A DNA stretch of 64,000 nucleotides, taken from NCBI GenBank assembly GCA_963678315.1, contig OY782781.1, positions 1,504,001-1,568,000 of the forward strand, in the 5' to 3' direction. The notes under the pieces are model-generated. The model was given only the letters and a program-made list of their open reading frames with translations. It was not told the origin of the DNA and did no database searches. This document shows, one piece after another, positions 9,885 to 19,115 of the stretch. The first letter of the stretch is position 1, and each line of letters opens with the position of its first letter. This DNA is from Candidatus Cloacimonadales bacterium. GTDB taxonomy: Bacteria > Cloacimonadota > Cloacimonadia > Cloacimonadales > JAFGVF01. The translations under genes and the position numbers were made by a program.

Positions 9885-11584
9885 AAACATTACAAGGACT
9901 AGGAGTATCTCCTGGCATCGCAATTGGTAAAGCTAAAATAATCAAGCAGAGAAGGCTTGAGATAAAGAAAAGAGATATTGTCGAAGCAGATATAATAAAT
10001 GAAATCAGTAAGTTTGATACAACTATTGATAGTATCTTAAAAGAAACAGATAAGTTTATTGAATTCTATACGATAAGTAAAGAAGATAAGGATATTTTTG
10101 AATCCCATCAAATGATTCTTAAAGATCCAGAACTAAAAGTTGAAGTTGTTAATATTCTTAAATCTGAATTGATAGGGCTTGAACAAGCTATACACAAGCA
10201 TTTTAATAAAGTTTCTGATTACTTTAAAAGCCTTGATAATGATTTCTTTGCTCAAAAAGCAATAGATTATATAGATGTTAGTCATCGTATTCTAAATTTT
10301 TTAATTGGTAAGAAGGGCTTCAAGCAAAATCAATTATCGGCAGATGAAATACCAATATTTTATTCAACAACACCTACTCAGGTTGTGCAGATTTCTAAAG
10401 AAGGAGTAAGAGGATTCTATGTAGAAAAGGGTTCTGAGACTTCTCATAATTCAATTATTTCAAGGTCATTTGGATTGGGCTGTGTAGTAGGTATTCATAA
10501 CATTTTTGATGAACTTAATAACGGAGATTTGATTATTCTAGATGGTACTATAGGGCAAATTATCATTGAACCATCAGAAGAGATTATAATTGAATATCAA
10601 GAGAAGATTAAACAGTTTGAAAGGCACAATACTGAACTTCAAGAAATTATTGATACTCCTTTACCTAAAGTTGGAGGGCTAGATGTTAATTTAAGTATCA
10701 ATATTGAAATTCCTGAGGAAGTTGAATTTGCTAATAAACTGAATGTAGATGGTATTGGTTTGTTTAGAACAGAATTCATCTATATGGATAGAGATTCTCT
10801 TCCCACAGAAGAGGAACAATTTAAAATATATAAAGACCTAGCTATAAAAATGGATGGAAAGCCAATTGTTATAAGAACCTTTGATTTGGGTGGTGATAAA
10901 TTTGCTAACATTTTTACAATGGCTAAAGAAGCAAACCCATTTCTTGGAAACAGGGGACTTAGATTCTCACTAAGTAGGCCAAATATATTTAGGACTCAAA
11001 TTAATGCTATTTTAAGGGCAAGTGCTTATGGTAACATTAAGTTGATGTTCCCTATGGTTATTGGTGTATCTGACTTTTTAAAAGCAAAAAACTTTGTTAA
11101 AAAGGCAATTAACAATCTTCAGAGGAAGGGATACAAGGTTGACGAGAATATTGAAATAGGTGTGATGATAGAAATCCCTTCTGCTGCAATTTGTAGTAGA
11201 ACCCTTGCTCAGTATGTTGATTTCTTTAGTATTGGAACAAACGACTTAATTCAATATACCTTGTCTGTGGACAGAACAAATGATATATTAAATGATTATT
11301 ACATACCACACCATCCGGCTGTGTTAAGTTTAATTAAATTGACAGTTGAATCAGCTAAACAAGAGAATATTCCTGTTTCAGTTTGTGGAGCTATGGCTTC
11401 AAATTTGAAGTATATTAAATTACTACTAGCACTCGGCATTGATACTCTAAGTATCTCTCCTAGCGCTTTTTTGAATGTTAAGCAAGAGGTTATCTCTATG
11501 GAGCCTGAGAGTATAGAGGAATTTAAAGAGATTAATAACACAACAACACTTGAGAGAATAGTTGAACTTCTGGAGGAGAAATAA
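9881..11584 (+). CDS. ptsI: PTS enzyme I
   Basis: TSH phospho-His, GIGLFRTEF, IRTFDLGGDK, EANPFLG and SIGTNDLIQY motifs. Confidence 0.96.
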   Translation: MKTLQGLGVSPGIAIGKAKIIKQRRLEIKKRDIVEADIINEISKFDTTIDSILKETDKFIEFYTISKEDKDIFESHQMILKDPELKVEVVNILKSELIGLEQAIHKHFNKVSDYFKSLDNDFFAQKAIDYIDVSHRILNFLIGKKGFKQNQLSADEIPIFYSTTPTQVVQISKEGVRGFYVEKGSETSHNSIISRSFGLGCVVGIHNIFDELNNGDLIILDGTIGQIIIEPSEEIIIEYQEKIKQFERHNTELQEIIDTPLPKVGGLDVNLSINIEIPEEVEFANKLNVDGIGLFRTEFIYMDRDSLPTEEEQFKIYKDLAIKMDGKPIVIRTFDLGGDKFANIFTMAKEANPFLGNRGLRFSLSRPNIFRTQINAILRASAYGNIKLMFPMVIGVSDFLKAKNFVKKAINNLQRKGYKVDENIEIGVMIEIPSAAICSRTLAQYVDFFSIGTNDLIQYTLSVDRTNDILNDYYIPHHPAVLSLIKLTVESAKQENIPVSVCGAMASNLKYIKLLLALGIDTLSISPSAFLNVKQEVISMEPESIEEFKEINNTTTLERIVELLEEK

Positions 11585-12930
11585 TGAGTTTAAAGTTTAA
11601 GTTTGGTAATTTGTTTCAAAATGATTTTATTAAATCAGGGCTAAATGCAGATCTTTCTAAATATCAGAATATAGTTGAAAAAGCCCATAAATCTATCTTA
11701 GAACAGCGTGAAGAAGATATTCTAGGTTTCTATAACTTACCTGAAAAAGACACTGAAAGAATTAATAATTATATTCAAAAAGTGGGTTCAAAATTCGATA
11801 ATATGGTTGTCCTAGGTATTGGTGGTTCAGCTCTAGGAAATAAAGCTCTATATTCAGCTATGAAAAGCGAAGCAGGTTTTAAGAAGAAACTCTATGTCGT
11901 TGATAATGTTGATCCAACTTTACTTTACGATACTCTTAATCAAGTTGAATTAAATAAAACACTTTTTAACGTGATTACTAAATCAGGAACTACTGCTGAG
12001 ACTATGTCCGTGTTCTTGATAATTCTAAAGATTTTAAAAGAAGCTTTTCCTGATTCCTATAAAGAACATATTCTGGTTACAACTGATAAAGAGAAAGGAT
12101 TTCTACGTCAGTTAATCAATACAGAAGGATACTTTGATTTTATAGTTCCAGACAATGTAGGTGGCAGATTCTCAGTTTTAACTGATGTTGGTTTAGTTTC
12201 TTCTGCATTTGTTGGTTTAGATATTGATGAACTTCTTAAAGGTGCTGGAACAATGAGAGATTTATGCTCAACTACAGATCTAGCAAACAACCCAGCTTAT
12301 CTACTTGGATTAGTTCATTACCTCTACATGAAAGAAGGAAAGAATATTTCTGTTATGATGCCTTACTCAAACTCCTTGTATGATATGGCTGATTGGTATC
12401 GTCAATTATGGGCTGAATCTCTTGGTAAAAGATATAATCTTAATGGGGAAGAGGTCTTTGTTGGTCAGACTCCTGTGAAAGCACTAGGTACAACAGACCA
12501 ACATTCTCAAGTGCAACTTTATAGAGAAGGTCCTAATGATAAAGTCTTTACTTTCTTAGAAGTTGAAAGTTTTAAACATGATTTTGATATTCCTTTGATC
12601 TATCCAGAAAGACGTGAAGTGAACTATTTAGGCAACCAGCCAATATCCCGACTTCTTAATCAAGAACGTCTTGCTACTGAGATTGCATTATGTATGTCAG
12701 ATAGAGTTAATTGCAATATTATTTTCCCTGAAATCAATGAACAAAATCTAGGTGAATTTATCATGTTGTATGAAATAATGACTGTCTTCACTGGTGCACT
12801 TCTTGAAATCAATCCTTTAGATCAACCAGGTGTTGAGGATGGTAAAATAGCTACTTATGCTCTAATGGGAAAAGAAGGTTTTGATAGTGAAAGAGACGAT
12901 ATAAAAGTTTATACAGATGCTAAGAATTAG
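11584..12930 (+). CDS. pgi: Glucose-6-phosphate isomerase
   Basis: GIGGSALG, KSGTTAET, VGGRFSV, QLWAESLGK, DQHS and DQPGVE motifs. Confidence 0.96.
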   Translation: MSLKFKFGNLFQNDFIKSGLNADLSKYQNIVEKAHKSILEQREEDILGFYNLPEKDTERINNYIQKVGSKFDNMVVLGIGGSALGNKALYSAMKSEAGFKKKLYVVDNVDPTLLYDTLNQVELNKTLFNVITKSGTTAETMSVFLIILKILKEAFPDSYKEHILVTTDKEKGFLRQLINTEGYFDFIVPDNVGGRFSVLTDVGLVSSAFVGLDIDELLKGAGTMRDLCSTTDLANNPAYLLGLVHYLYMKEGKNISVMMPYSNSLYDMADWYRQLWAESLGKRYNLNGEEVFVGQTPVKALGTTDQHSQVQLYREGPNDKVFTFLEVESFKHDFDIPLIYPERREVNYLGNQPISRLLNQERLATEIALCMSDRVNCNIIFPEINEQNLGEFIMLYEIMTVFTGALLEINPLDQPGVEDGKIATYALMGKEGFDSERDDIKVYTDAKN

Positions 12931-12960
12931 TTGTTGATATTATACATTTAATCAAAGTTT

Positions 12961-12986
12961 AAGCCTGTTTTATAGCAGGCTTTTTT
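12961..12986. terminator. Terminator between convergent pgi and xer genes
   Basis: AAGCCTG-TTTTATAG-CAGGCTT followed by a T run. Confidence 0.7.
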
Positions 12987-13917
12987 ATTTATCCTTATCT
13001 TCATCTTTTTTATTGGCTCTTGATAGGGGGTGCAAGAGGTTAACAGTTTTTGTCAAATCGTTCATGGTCACATGTGTGTATATCTCGGTGGTAGAGAGAT
13101 TGGCATGACCTAACATCTCCTGGATTGCTCTTAAATCAGCTCCATTACTGAGCATATGGGTTGCAAAGGTGTGTCGTAAGGAATGTGGGGAATAGCCTTT
13201 TTGTTGTCCGACAAACATGATGTATTGCTTCAGAATATCACTAAGTTCTAACCTATCAAGTTGTTTTCCACTTTTTGATAGAAACAAGACATCTCCACTA
13301 AACTTTGATTCAAACCTATGTCTGATTGCTAGATAGTTTTCCATTGCTTCTTTGGCTTTGGAACCAATAGGAACCATTCTTGTTTTGTCTCCTTTTCCTA
13401 GAACTTTAACGACATTTCGTTGAAAATCAATTTTCTCTAATGTCAGTATGACCATCTCTGAAATTCTAAGTCCAGATGAATAGAATAGCTCAAGGATTGC
13501 TTTATTTCTAACCCCAAATTTACTAGTTAAATCAGGTAGACTTAGCATTAACTCCATATCTTCTTTTGAAAAGAATTTTGGTACTTTTTTCTCGAATTTT
13601 GGATTCTTCATTGTTATCGTAGGATTATTTGTAATAATACCTCTTTTGAGAGCAAACTTAAAGAAACCTTTTAGCGTTGTAACTTTGCGGGAAATAGATC
13701 TATTTACATTACCGTTGTTAGAAGACAATTCTCTGAGAAAATCTCTTATCATTCTTTTATCTATATCTTTTAAGGTAATTTCTGTACCAAAAGTATCTTC
13801 AATAAAGATAATAAATTGTCTTAAATCTCTTTCATAAGCATCAATTGTATTTTTGCTTTTGCCAGACACTTGTAATAGCTTAAGGTACTCGGTTTTAACA
13901 TCATTTAATTTATTCAT
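12985..13917 (-). CDS. xerC: Tyrosine recombinase XerC/XerD type
   Basis: RNKAILELFYSSGLRISE, GKGDKTR, HSLRHTFATH and LGHANLSTTEIYTHV motifs; XerC versus XerD not distinguishable with certainty. Confidence 0.8.
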   Translation of the reverse strand: MNKLNDVKTEYLKLLQVSGKSKNTIDAYERDLRQFIIFIEDTFGTEITLKDIDKRMIRDFLRELSSNNGNVNRSISRKVTTLKGFFKFALKRGIITNNPTITMKNPKFEKKVPKFFSKEDMELMLSLPDLTSKFGVRNKAILELFYSSGLRISEMVILTLEKIDFQRNVVKVLGKGDKTRMVPIGSKAKEAMENYLAIRHRFESKFSGDVLFLSKSGKQLDRLELSDILKQYIMFVGQQKGYSPHSLRHTFATHMLSNGADLRAIQEMLGHANLSTTEIYTHVTMNDLTKTVNLLHPLSRANKKDEDKDK

Positions 13918-13961
13918 AAGTTCACCTGTATAGATTGTTCAAATAGGGTTATTCTTGGCAA

Positions 13962-13990
13962 GAAAAAAAAGCCGATATATATCGGCTTTC
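13962..13990 (-). terminator. Intrinsic terminator of GNAT operon
   Basis: AAAGCCGATATATATCGGCTTT palindrome with an A run on + (U-tail on -). Confidence 0.7.
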
Positions 13991-14027
13991 TCGGATGTGA
14001 TTTAGATATATGAGAGGAGGAATTCCA

Positions 14028-15269
14028 TCAAAACCAATTATAGCTTACAGGCGTTGCTATGGTTTTGAACGGTAATTCAACACAATCAATATGTTTAATA
14101 TTTTTAATTCTTACTAAATTCATTTTAACTGCTGATTCTGTACTCAGACTACCCATCAATATCGAAGAAATTGTTGAGATGTCTGTTTCTAATCTCAAAT
14201 CAACATTGTTATCATCTATTTCAAATATAATTGAGTTGTGATCTGACGTCAACTTAAATCTTTCGTGTTTACAAGAAAAATTATCTGTTATGTCAAAAAC
14301 TAGAGTTAAATTGCTTTTTGTGAATATTCTATTTGCATGTTTCTTGAATATTTGAAGAGGATTTAGAAATTTGTACATCAGTCCAATCCCTGTTTTAGCA
14401 GATTGATGATAGACAGGATCGAACATTGTATCAGAATCATCAGCAGGATTATCAAAATAATGGTAAAAATCTTTATCAAAGCTTGCAATTTCAATGTATT
14501 TCACTTGGTCAGATTGTTTATTAAGGAAAGTAGAAATTTCCTGCCATCCTTCTATGCTTTTGTATTGGTATTCTTTCACTTGGAAATTATAACTTAGATT
14601 AGATGGTTGACTAGATTTAGAAAATTTAAATACAATATAGGCAATTATATCTCCATCTTTTTTAAAGGTAACAAATCTCATTTGAGGGCTGTTAAGCCAT
14701 TTGTTAAATTCCTTTTCTTGCTTCTTAAAAGCACCATTCTGTTTGCTTGCAATTTCTCTATTGTAAAAGTCAGTTATTTCTTTAGAATTATTAGCATCTG
14801 CAAAATTAATTTCACAATGTGATTCATAACGCCCAAATCTTGAAGGAGGAATTACATAATTATATTGCATACTTCCGAAACCGAAGCCCATCTTCTTATA
14901 GAAGTCAGCTCTAAATGGGTAAAGAACCAGTAGTTCAGCATTCTTTTCTGTATAATATTTATGAAAGAACTCGATAATATGTTTGCAGACCTTTTCTTTT
15001 TTATGTAAAAGATCAACAGCTACCATACCTATTCCACCAGCTTCAATAAAAGTCCCTCTGAAATTAACTTCATAATCGTAAGTAATAAAGCAAGCAACTT
15101 GTAAATCTTCCCTAAAAACTCCCCAAAACTCACTTTTATCATTATCTTTTAACAGCTTATTGAACCATTTCTCTGCTTGATCATAGCCAAGATTAAAAAC
15201 TGGATAAGCATTATTAATAATTCTATGTGTATGTTGAAAATCATCAACAGTTATTTTTCTAACATTCAT
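14028..15269 (-). CDS. Eis-like GNAT acetyltransferase
   Basis: GGIGMVAVD and LYPFRADFYKKMGFG motifs; SCP2-like C-terminus. Confidence 0.85.
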   Translation of the reverse strand: MNVRKITVDDFQHTHRIINNAYPVFNLGYDQAEKWFNKLLKDNDKSEFWGVFREDLQVACFITYDYEVNFRGTFIEAGGIGMVAVDLLHKKEKVCKHIIEFFHKYYTEKNAELLVLYPFRADFYKKMGFGFGSMQYNYVIPPSRFGRYESHCEINFADANNSKEITDFYNREIASKQNGAFKKQEKEFNKWLNSPQMRFVTFKKDGDIIAYIVFKFSKSSQPSNLSYNFQVKEYQYKSIEGWQEISTFLNKQSDQVKYIEIASFDKDFYHYFDNPADDSDTMFDPVYHQSAKTGIGLMYKFLNPLQIFKKHANRIFTKSNLTLVFDITDNFSCKHERFKLTSDHNSIIFEIDDNNVDLRLETDISTISSILMGSLSTESAVKMNLVRIKNIKHIDCVELPFKTIATPVSYNWF

Positions 15270-15967
15270 TATTTTACTCCCATAATTAAAACATTTCTTG
15301 CTGGTTCAAAACCATGTTCTATTATATGACCTTTTATCTGTTGACCCTCTTCTATTAATATATTGGGTAGCTTTTTAATTGCTATAATACTAGTTAACCT
15401 ATCAATAACTTTTACGTAGCTAACTATTACTTCTTCATTAAATTTATCTGCTGAATAATTATTATAAATCTTATGCTCTATTTTAGATAAATTTTGCTCA
15501 TTAACTAAAGCTATTAGCTGTTCTGATAAGAAAGTATCATCATGATGTTTACCTGAATATCTATCAAATTTTGCTGTCCAATGATGCAAAAGGATATGGG
15601 ACTTTTGAGAGTCAGTTTGGTCTTCATCTCTGCACATTTCGCTGATTATTAAAGTGCCTCCTCTTCTAAGAACACGTATAGCTTCAGATAAAACTAAGCT
15701 GGGATTCTCAAAATGATGTAGCGAGTTTGAGATAGATACTGTGTCATAACTTTCGTCCGAGAAAGGAAGATGATAAGCATTAAGATGTTTGAATGTTACC
15801 TTCTCATTATTGTTTCTCCTATTCGCTTCAGAAATCATCTTTTCATCATCATCTATACACACAAATGACTCAAAATTCTTATTTATTCCCTGAAGGTATT
15901 TAACAAACTGCCCTATACCCGTAGCAATATCCAATACCTTACCTAAATTAATTGTTTCAATATTCAT
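15269..15967 (-). CDS. Class I SAM-dependent methyltransferase
   Basis: VLDIATGIG, LPFSDESYD and EAIRVLRRGG motifs. Confidence 0.9.
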   Translation of the reverse strand: MNIETINLGKVLDIATGIGQFVKYLQGINKNFESFVCIDDDEKMISEANRRNNNEKVTFKHLNAYHLPFSDESYDTVSISNSLHHFENPSLVLSEAIRVLRRGGTLIISEMCRDEDQTDSQKSHILLHHWTAKFDRYSGKHHDDTFLSEQLIALVNEQNLSKIEHKIYNNYSADKFNEEVIVSYVKVIDRLTSIIAIKKLPNILIEEGQQIKGHIIEHGFEPARNVLIMGVK

Positions 15968-16014
15968 ATTTTCCCCTATTATAAGAACAGCTGATGATAT
16001 TTAATTCCAGTATC

Positions 16015-16155
16015 CTAATACCATATATGTTTTTCTTCTCTTTCTTTTAATAACTCTTGATCCACATTTTCTTTAGGATCATTTTTCTCATCTTTGTGGT
16101 ATAATCCCATCTTTTCTAACCACTCTAATGTTGTGTTTAATACTCCAAAGGTCAT
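16015..16155 (-). CDS. Small hypothetical protein (46 aa, MTFGVLNTTLEWLEKMG...)
   Basis: ATG at 16155 preceded by AGGAGG; open to TAG; upstream TTGACT-16-TATAAT at 16227-16200. Below the ORF-track cutoff. Confidence 0.55.
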   Translation of the reverse strand: MTFGVLNTTLEWLEKMGLYHKDEKNDPKENVDQELLKEREEKHIWY

Positions 16156-16293
16156 CCTTTCCTCCTTTATAGAATATCATTAACTGAACTCATGGTATAA
16201 TTATACAAGTTAAGAGTACAAAGTCAAGTATTTTTTTATTTTTTTATATTCCCTTCTTGTTACAGTCCATGCTTACTTATACCTTTAAGAAAA

Positions 16294-16520
16294 TAATGTC
16301 CGCAAAAATAAAAGAGATATTTCGCAAAAATAAACGAGAAAAATACTTACGACATCACAAGTAATATAATATTAAACTACAATTATCTTCAAAAGTTGGC
16401 AAAAATAAAAGAGATTTTTTTGTATAATTGTCTTAAAAAATGGAAATAATAAACGAGAAATTTATAATAAAATAGAAAAAAGTCCGCAAAAATAAAAGAG
16501 ATTTCTCATTTAATCTTGCG
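16294..16520 (+). repeat. Left-end array of ~18-bp putative transposase-binding sites
   Basis: CGCAAAAATAAA(A/C)GAGA(T/A) at ~16301, 16323, 16398, 16442 and 16485, plus an inverted copy at 16503-16520. Confidence 0.85.
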
Positions 16521-16534
16521 AACTTTTATAACTT

Positions 16535-17266
16535 TTACTGATTCATCTGCTCAGGGTCACTAGCATCAACCTTATGAAATTGGATAACGATTTTATAAGT
16601 TGTGCCTGAAGTAAGACCTGAGATAGCTATCTTATCAAGGTGCTCTTTAGTAGAGCTGTTATAGGTCTCAATTTGCTTATGTATCTTCACAGACCCATCA
16701 TTACAAGGGCTGTAAAAATCTGTTTCATCTTTATTGATCTGAATACTAATTCCAGTATCAATAGCCTCCTCCAATCCCGTAGAGAAGCCAGCATAAGCCT
16801 TTAAAGTACTCTCTGTAATATCTAGGGCATTCCCATCAGCTGTGTGTCTTAAAGAGTATTGAATGGTCATAGTCTCAAGAACATCTGTAAGTACCTGCTG
16901 AACATGACTACTACCATGCCTTATCTGACAAGAATAATGTTTATAATCAACACCTCTAGCGTGGTCATACATATCGTTCAAACTTCTAATCTGAGCAATA
17001 TCATCAGTTCCTACAATAGCAAGAAGCAGGTGTTCAAGGTCACCTCCCAGATTCATTTGTTCACTTAACTGAGAAAGAATATCGGCAGTAGTATGAGAAC
17101 CACCAGCTTTATGTTCATTTAGATCAGAGCCAATATCCTGGATACTATCATTATTAGCTTTCATATTAGCATCAATTGTATCGAAGTTATCATTAACATC
17201 ATTAGCCCATCCAGAGCTACCTTCACTAGGTTTAACAAGGTTATAGTTCGTAGTATTAGACATCAT
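16535..17266 (-). CDS. Putative tail fibre / receptor-binding protein
   Basis: N-terminal TTNYNLVKP...WANDVNDNFDTID resembles tail-fibre attachment segments; last gene of the tail operon. Confidence 0.5.
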   Translation of the reverse strand: MMSNTTNYNLVKPSEGSSGWANDVNDNFDTIDANMKANNDSIQDIGSDLNEHKAGGSHTTADILSQLSEQMNLGGDLEHLLLAIVGTDDIAQIRSLNDMYDHARGVDYKHYSCQIRHGSSHVQQVLTDVLETMTIQYSLRHTADGNALDITESTLKAYAGFSTGLEEAIDTGISIQINKDETDFYSPCNDGSVKIHKQIETYNSSTKEHLDKIAISGLTSGTTYKIVIQFHKVDASDPEQMNQ

Positions 17267-17274
17267 TTCCTCCT

Positions 17275-17733
17275 TTAGAATCCCCAGCTCAAACCCCAGT
17301 AATTACCGTAGCCAGGAGTGTCATCAAAGTTGATTGGCTCAAGTGTTTTATATATAGCTTTAAAGCTGTAAGATTGCTTAGTATTAAAGAATCTAGCATC
17401 ATCAGGAATCTTTGGTAGTTTATCGATTATAACTGGATATTGAAGAGTGTGAGTTAAGTAAGAGAACTCAAGATATAGCCTACTAGAATTTTTCAAGAAA
17501 GCTATTAGATCATCAAGTTCTTCAGGAGTAAAAACACTTTCACATTTAATAGTATCTTCATGATATGGATCTCTTTGTATAAGCTTTGTAGGGTCAAAAG
17601 CATTAGTTTTAGAGACTCTATATTTAATAGAAGGTTCAACATCAATTGCAGTATTCTCAATAACTTTCATATTTACAGAAGTAGAAAAATTAATCAATTT
17701 AATTGTTTGATTTATAATCATCATATCCTCCAT
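17275..17733 (-). CDS. Putative tail (distal tail-like) protein
   Basis: Position in tail operon; no recognised motif. Confidence 0.4.
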   Translation of the reverse strand: MEDMMIINQTIKLINFSTSVNMKVIENTAIDVEPSIKYRVSKTNAFDPTKLIQRDPYHEDTIKCESVFTPEELDDLIAFLKNSSRLYLEFSYLTHTLQYPVIIDKLPKIPDDARFFNTKQSYSFKAIYKTLEPINFDDTPGYGNYWGLSWGF

Positions 17734-19115
17734 AGAATTGCATTATATTCATCATTTATTATATCAATTTTAACTTCTACAACACGCATTTGAATCGAGT
17801 TTATATTTATCACATCATTTAAATGAATATCATCATTATTTATATCATCAATAGTAGCATCAAATTGAATAATACTGCTAAAGAAATCATTGTATTTATC
17901 TAGTAAGTATTCTTTTAAATAAGAAGCATTACCCTTCAGGGAATCAAGAACTGAAAGGTCTATATCACTAGGATTAAACCTTGTTTTAGTTAAAGAAGTT
18001 ACTCTATCGGTAACATCATTATATGTATAATTAGGGTAGCTATTTTTAATTATATTGAGCTTATTGTCTTCTGTCATAACCACACTCAAATTATAGATTA
18101 GAAGGTGGCTTTTAAGCATATCAAGGTAGCTCGTATTATCTTCAAATACTGCATAAAGCGGACATATATTGCCATTGAAGTATAATTTATGGTTAATAAT
18201 CCTAAGTTCTTGATATTCATCTAAATTAAGCCAAGAATCATCTTCATAATACTCAAGATCATTTCTCAAATCTGGGACATCATCGAGTGCATCAGAAATA
18301 CTATCATATAGTTTTGATAAAATCTCAGAATCTTTTCTAATAACATCAACACAGCTTTGGTTATATATCTCAACAACAGTTACAGTCCTTTGAATCTTGT
18401 ATCTTATTCTATTAGTGAACTCAGGGATTGCTCTCCAAACAATGCTTCTAAATTCTCTTCTAGTGCATCTATCTATTACATTATAATGATCATCAAAGAT
18501 ATTGTAAGAAGTATTCAAAAGACCTTCATCACAGATACTATTGCTAGTGATTGAAACAGGATTATATAGCATGAATTCCTGTTGAACATAGCTTGTCAAA
18601 TAGTCAGGATATTCAAGAAGTTCATTCCTTTTGAATTTGCTTCTAATCAAAGATCTAAAGGCATCCAAATAACAATCTCTACTGAATTTTGGTGTGATTG
18701 ATTTTTCTTGATCTAATTTTTTTAGTAAGAATTCATAGCTGTATGCTGTTAGAGAATACTGCTCTGAAGAATAGTCATATTTGATAGTATTTAGAGGCAA
18801 CACACCTTGGTATATTTTATTGCCATCTCTATTGACAACAATATCATAATAGCTTACATCTAAGTAAGTTGTGTGAGTGCCAAAGAGTGATATCAACCAG
18901 TCATCAGCAACTAACTCAATTGATGCCCTCTGTGCTTCTTGCATCATTTCGTTCAATAAAGGAAATTTCTTAGCTGAGAATTTTACACTTACTAAACCAT
19001 TGTCGCTGTTATATACTCTTGTCTCTAAGGAAGTACCAGCAACAGCCGAATAAAAAACAACTTCTATCATCTTACCACCTAGCCTTCTTTTTACTGCCAG
19101 ATTCACTTTTATCAT
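17721..19115 (-). CDS. Putative tail tip/hub protein (true start probably MIEVV, ~19070)
   Basis: Immediately downstream of the tape measure gene; beta-rich N-terminus. Confidence 0.45.
   Translation of the reverse strand: MIKVNLAVKRRLGGKMIEVVFYSAVAGTSLETRVYNSDNGLVSVKFSAKKFPLLNEMMQEAQRASIELVADDWLISLFGTHTTYLDVSYYDIVVNRDGNKIYQGVLPLNTIKYDYSSEQYSLTAYSYEFLLKKLDQEKSITPKFSRDCYLDAFRSLIRSKFKRNELLEYPDYLTSYVQQEFMLYNPVSITSNSICDEGLLNTSYNIFDDHYNVIDRCTRREFRSIVWRAIPEFTNRIRYKIQRTVTVVEIYNQSCVDVIRKDSEILSKLYDSISDALDDVPDLRNDLEYYEDDSWLNLDEYQELRIINHKLYFNGNICPLYAVFEDNTSYLDMLKSHLLIYNLSVVMTEDNKLNIIKNSYPNYTYNDVTDRVTSLTKTRFNPSDIDLSVLDSLKGNASYLKEYLLDKYNDFFSSIIQFDATIDDINNDDIHLNDVININSIQMRVVEVKIDIINDEYNAILWRI

Noticed and set aside
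12985..13917. Tyrosine recombinase as prophage integrase
   Set aside because: Outside the duplication-defined boundaries, typical chromosomal Xer sequence, and the phage has its own DDE transposase
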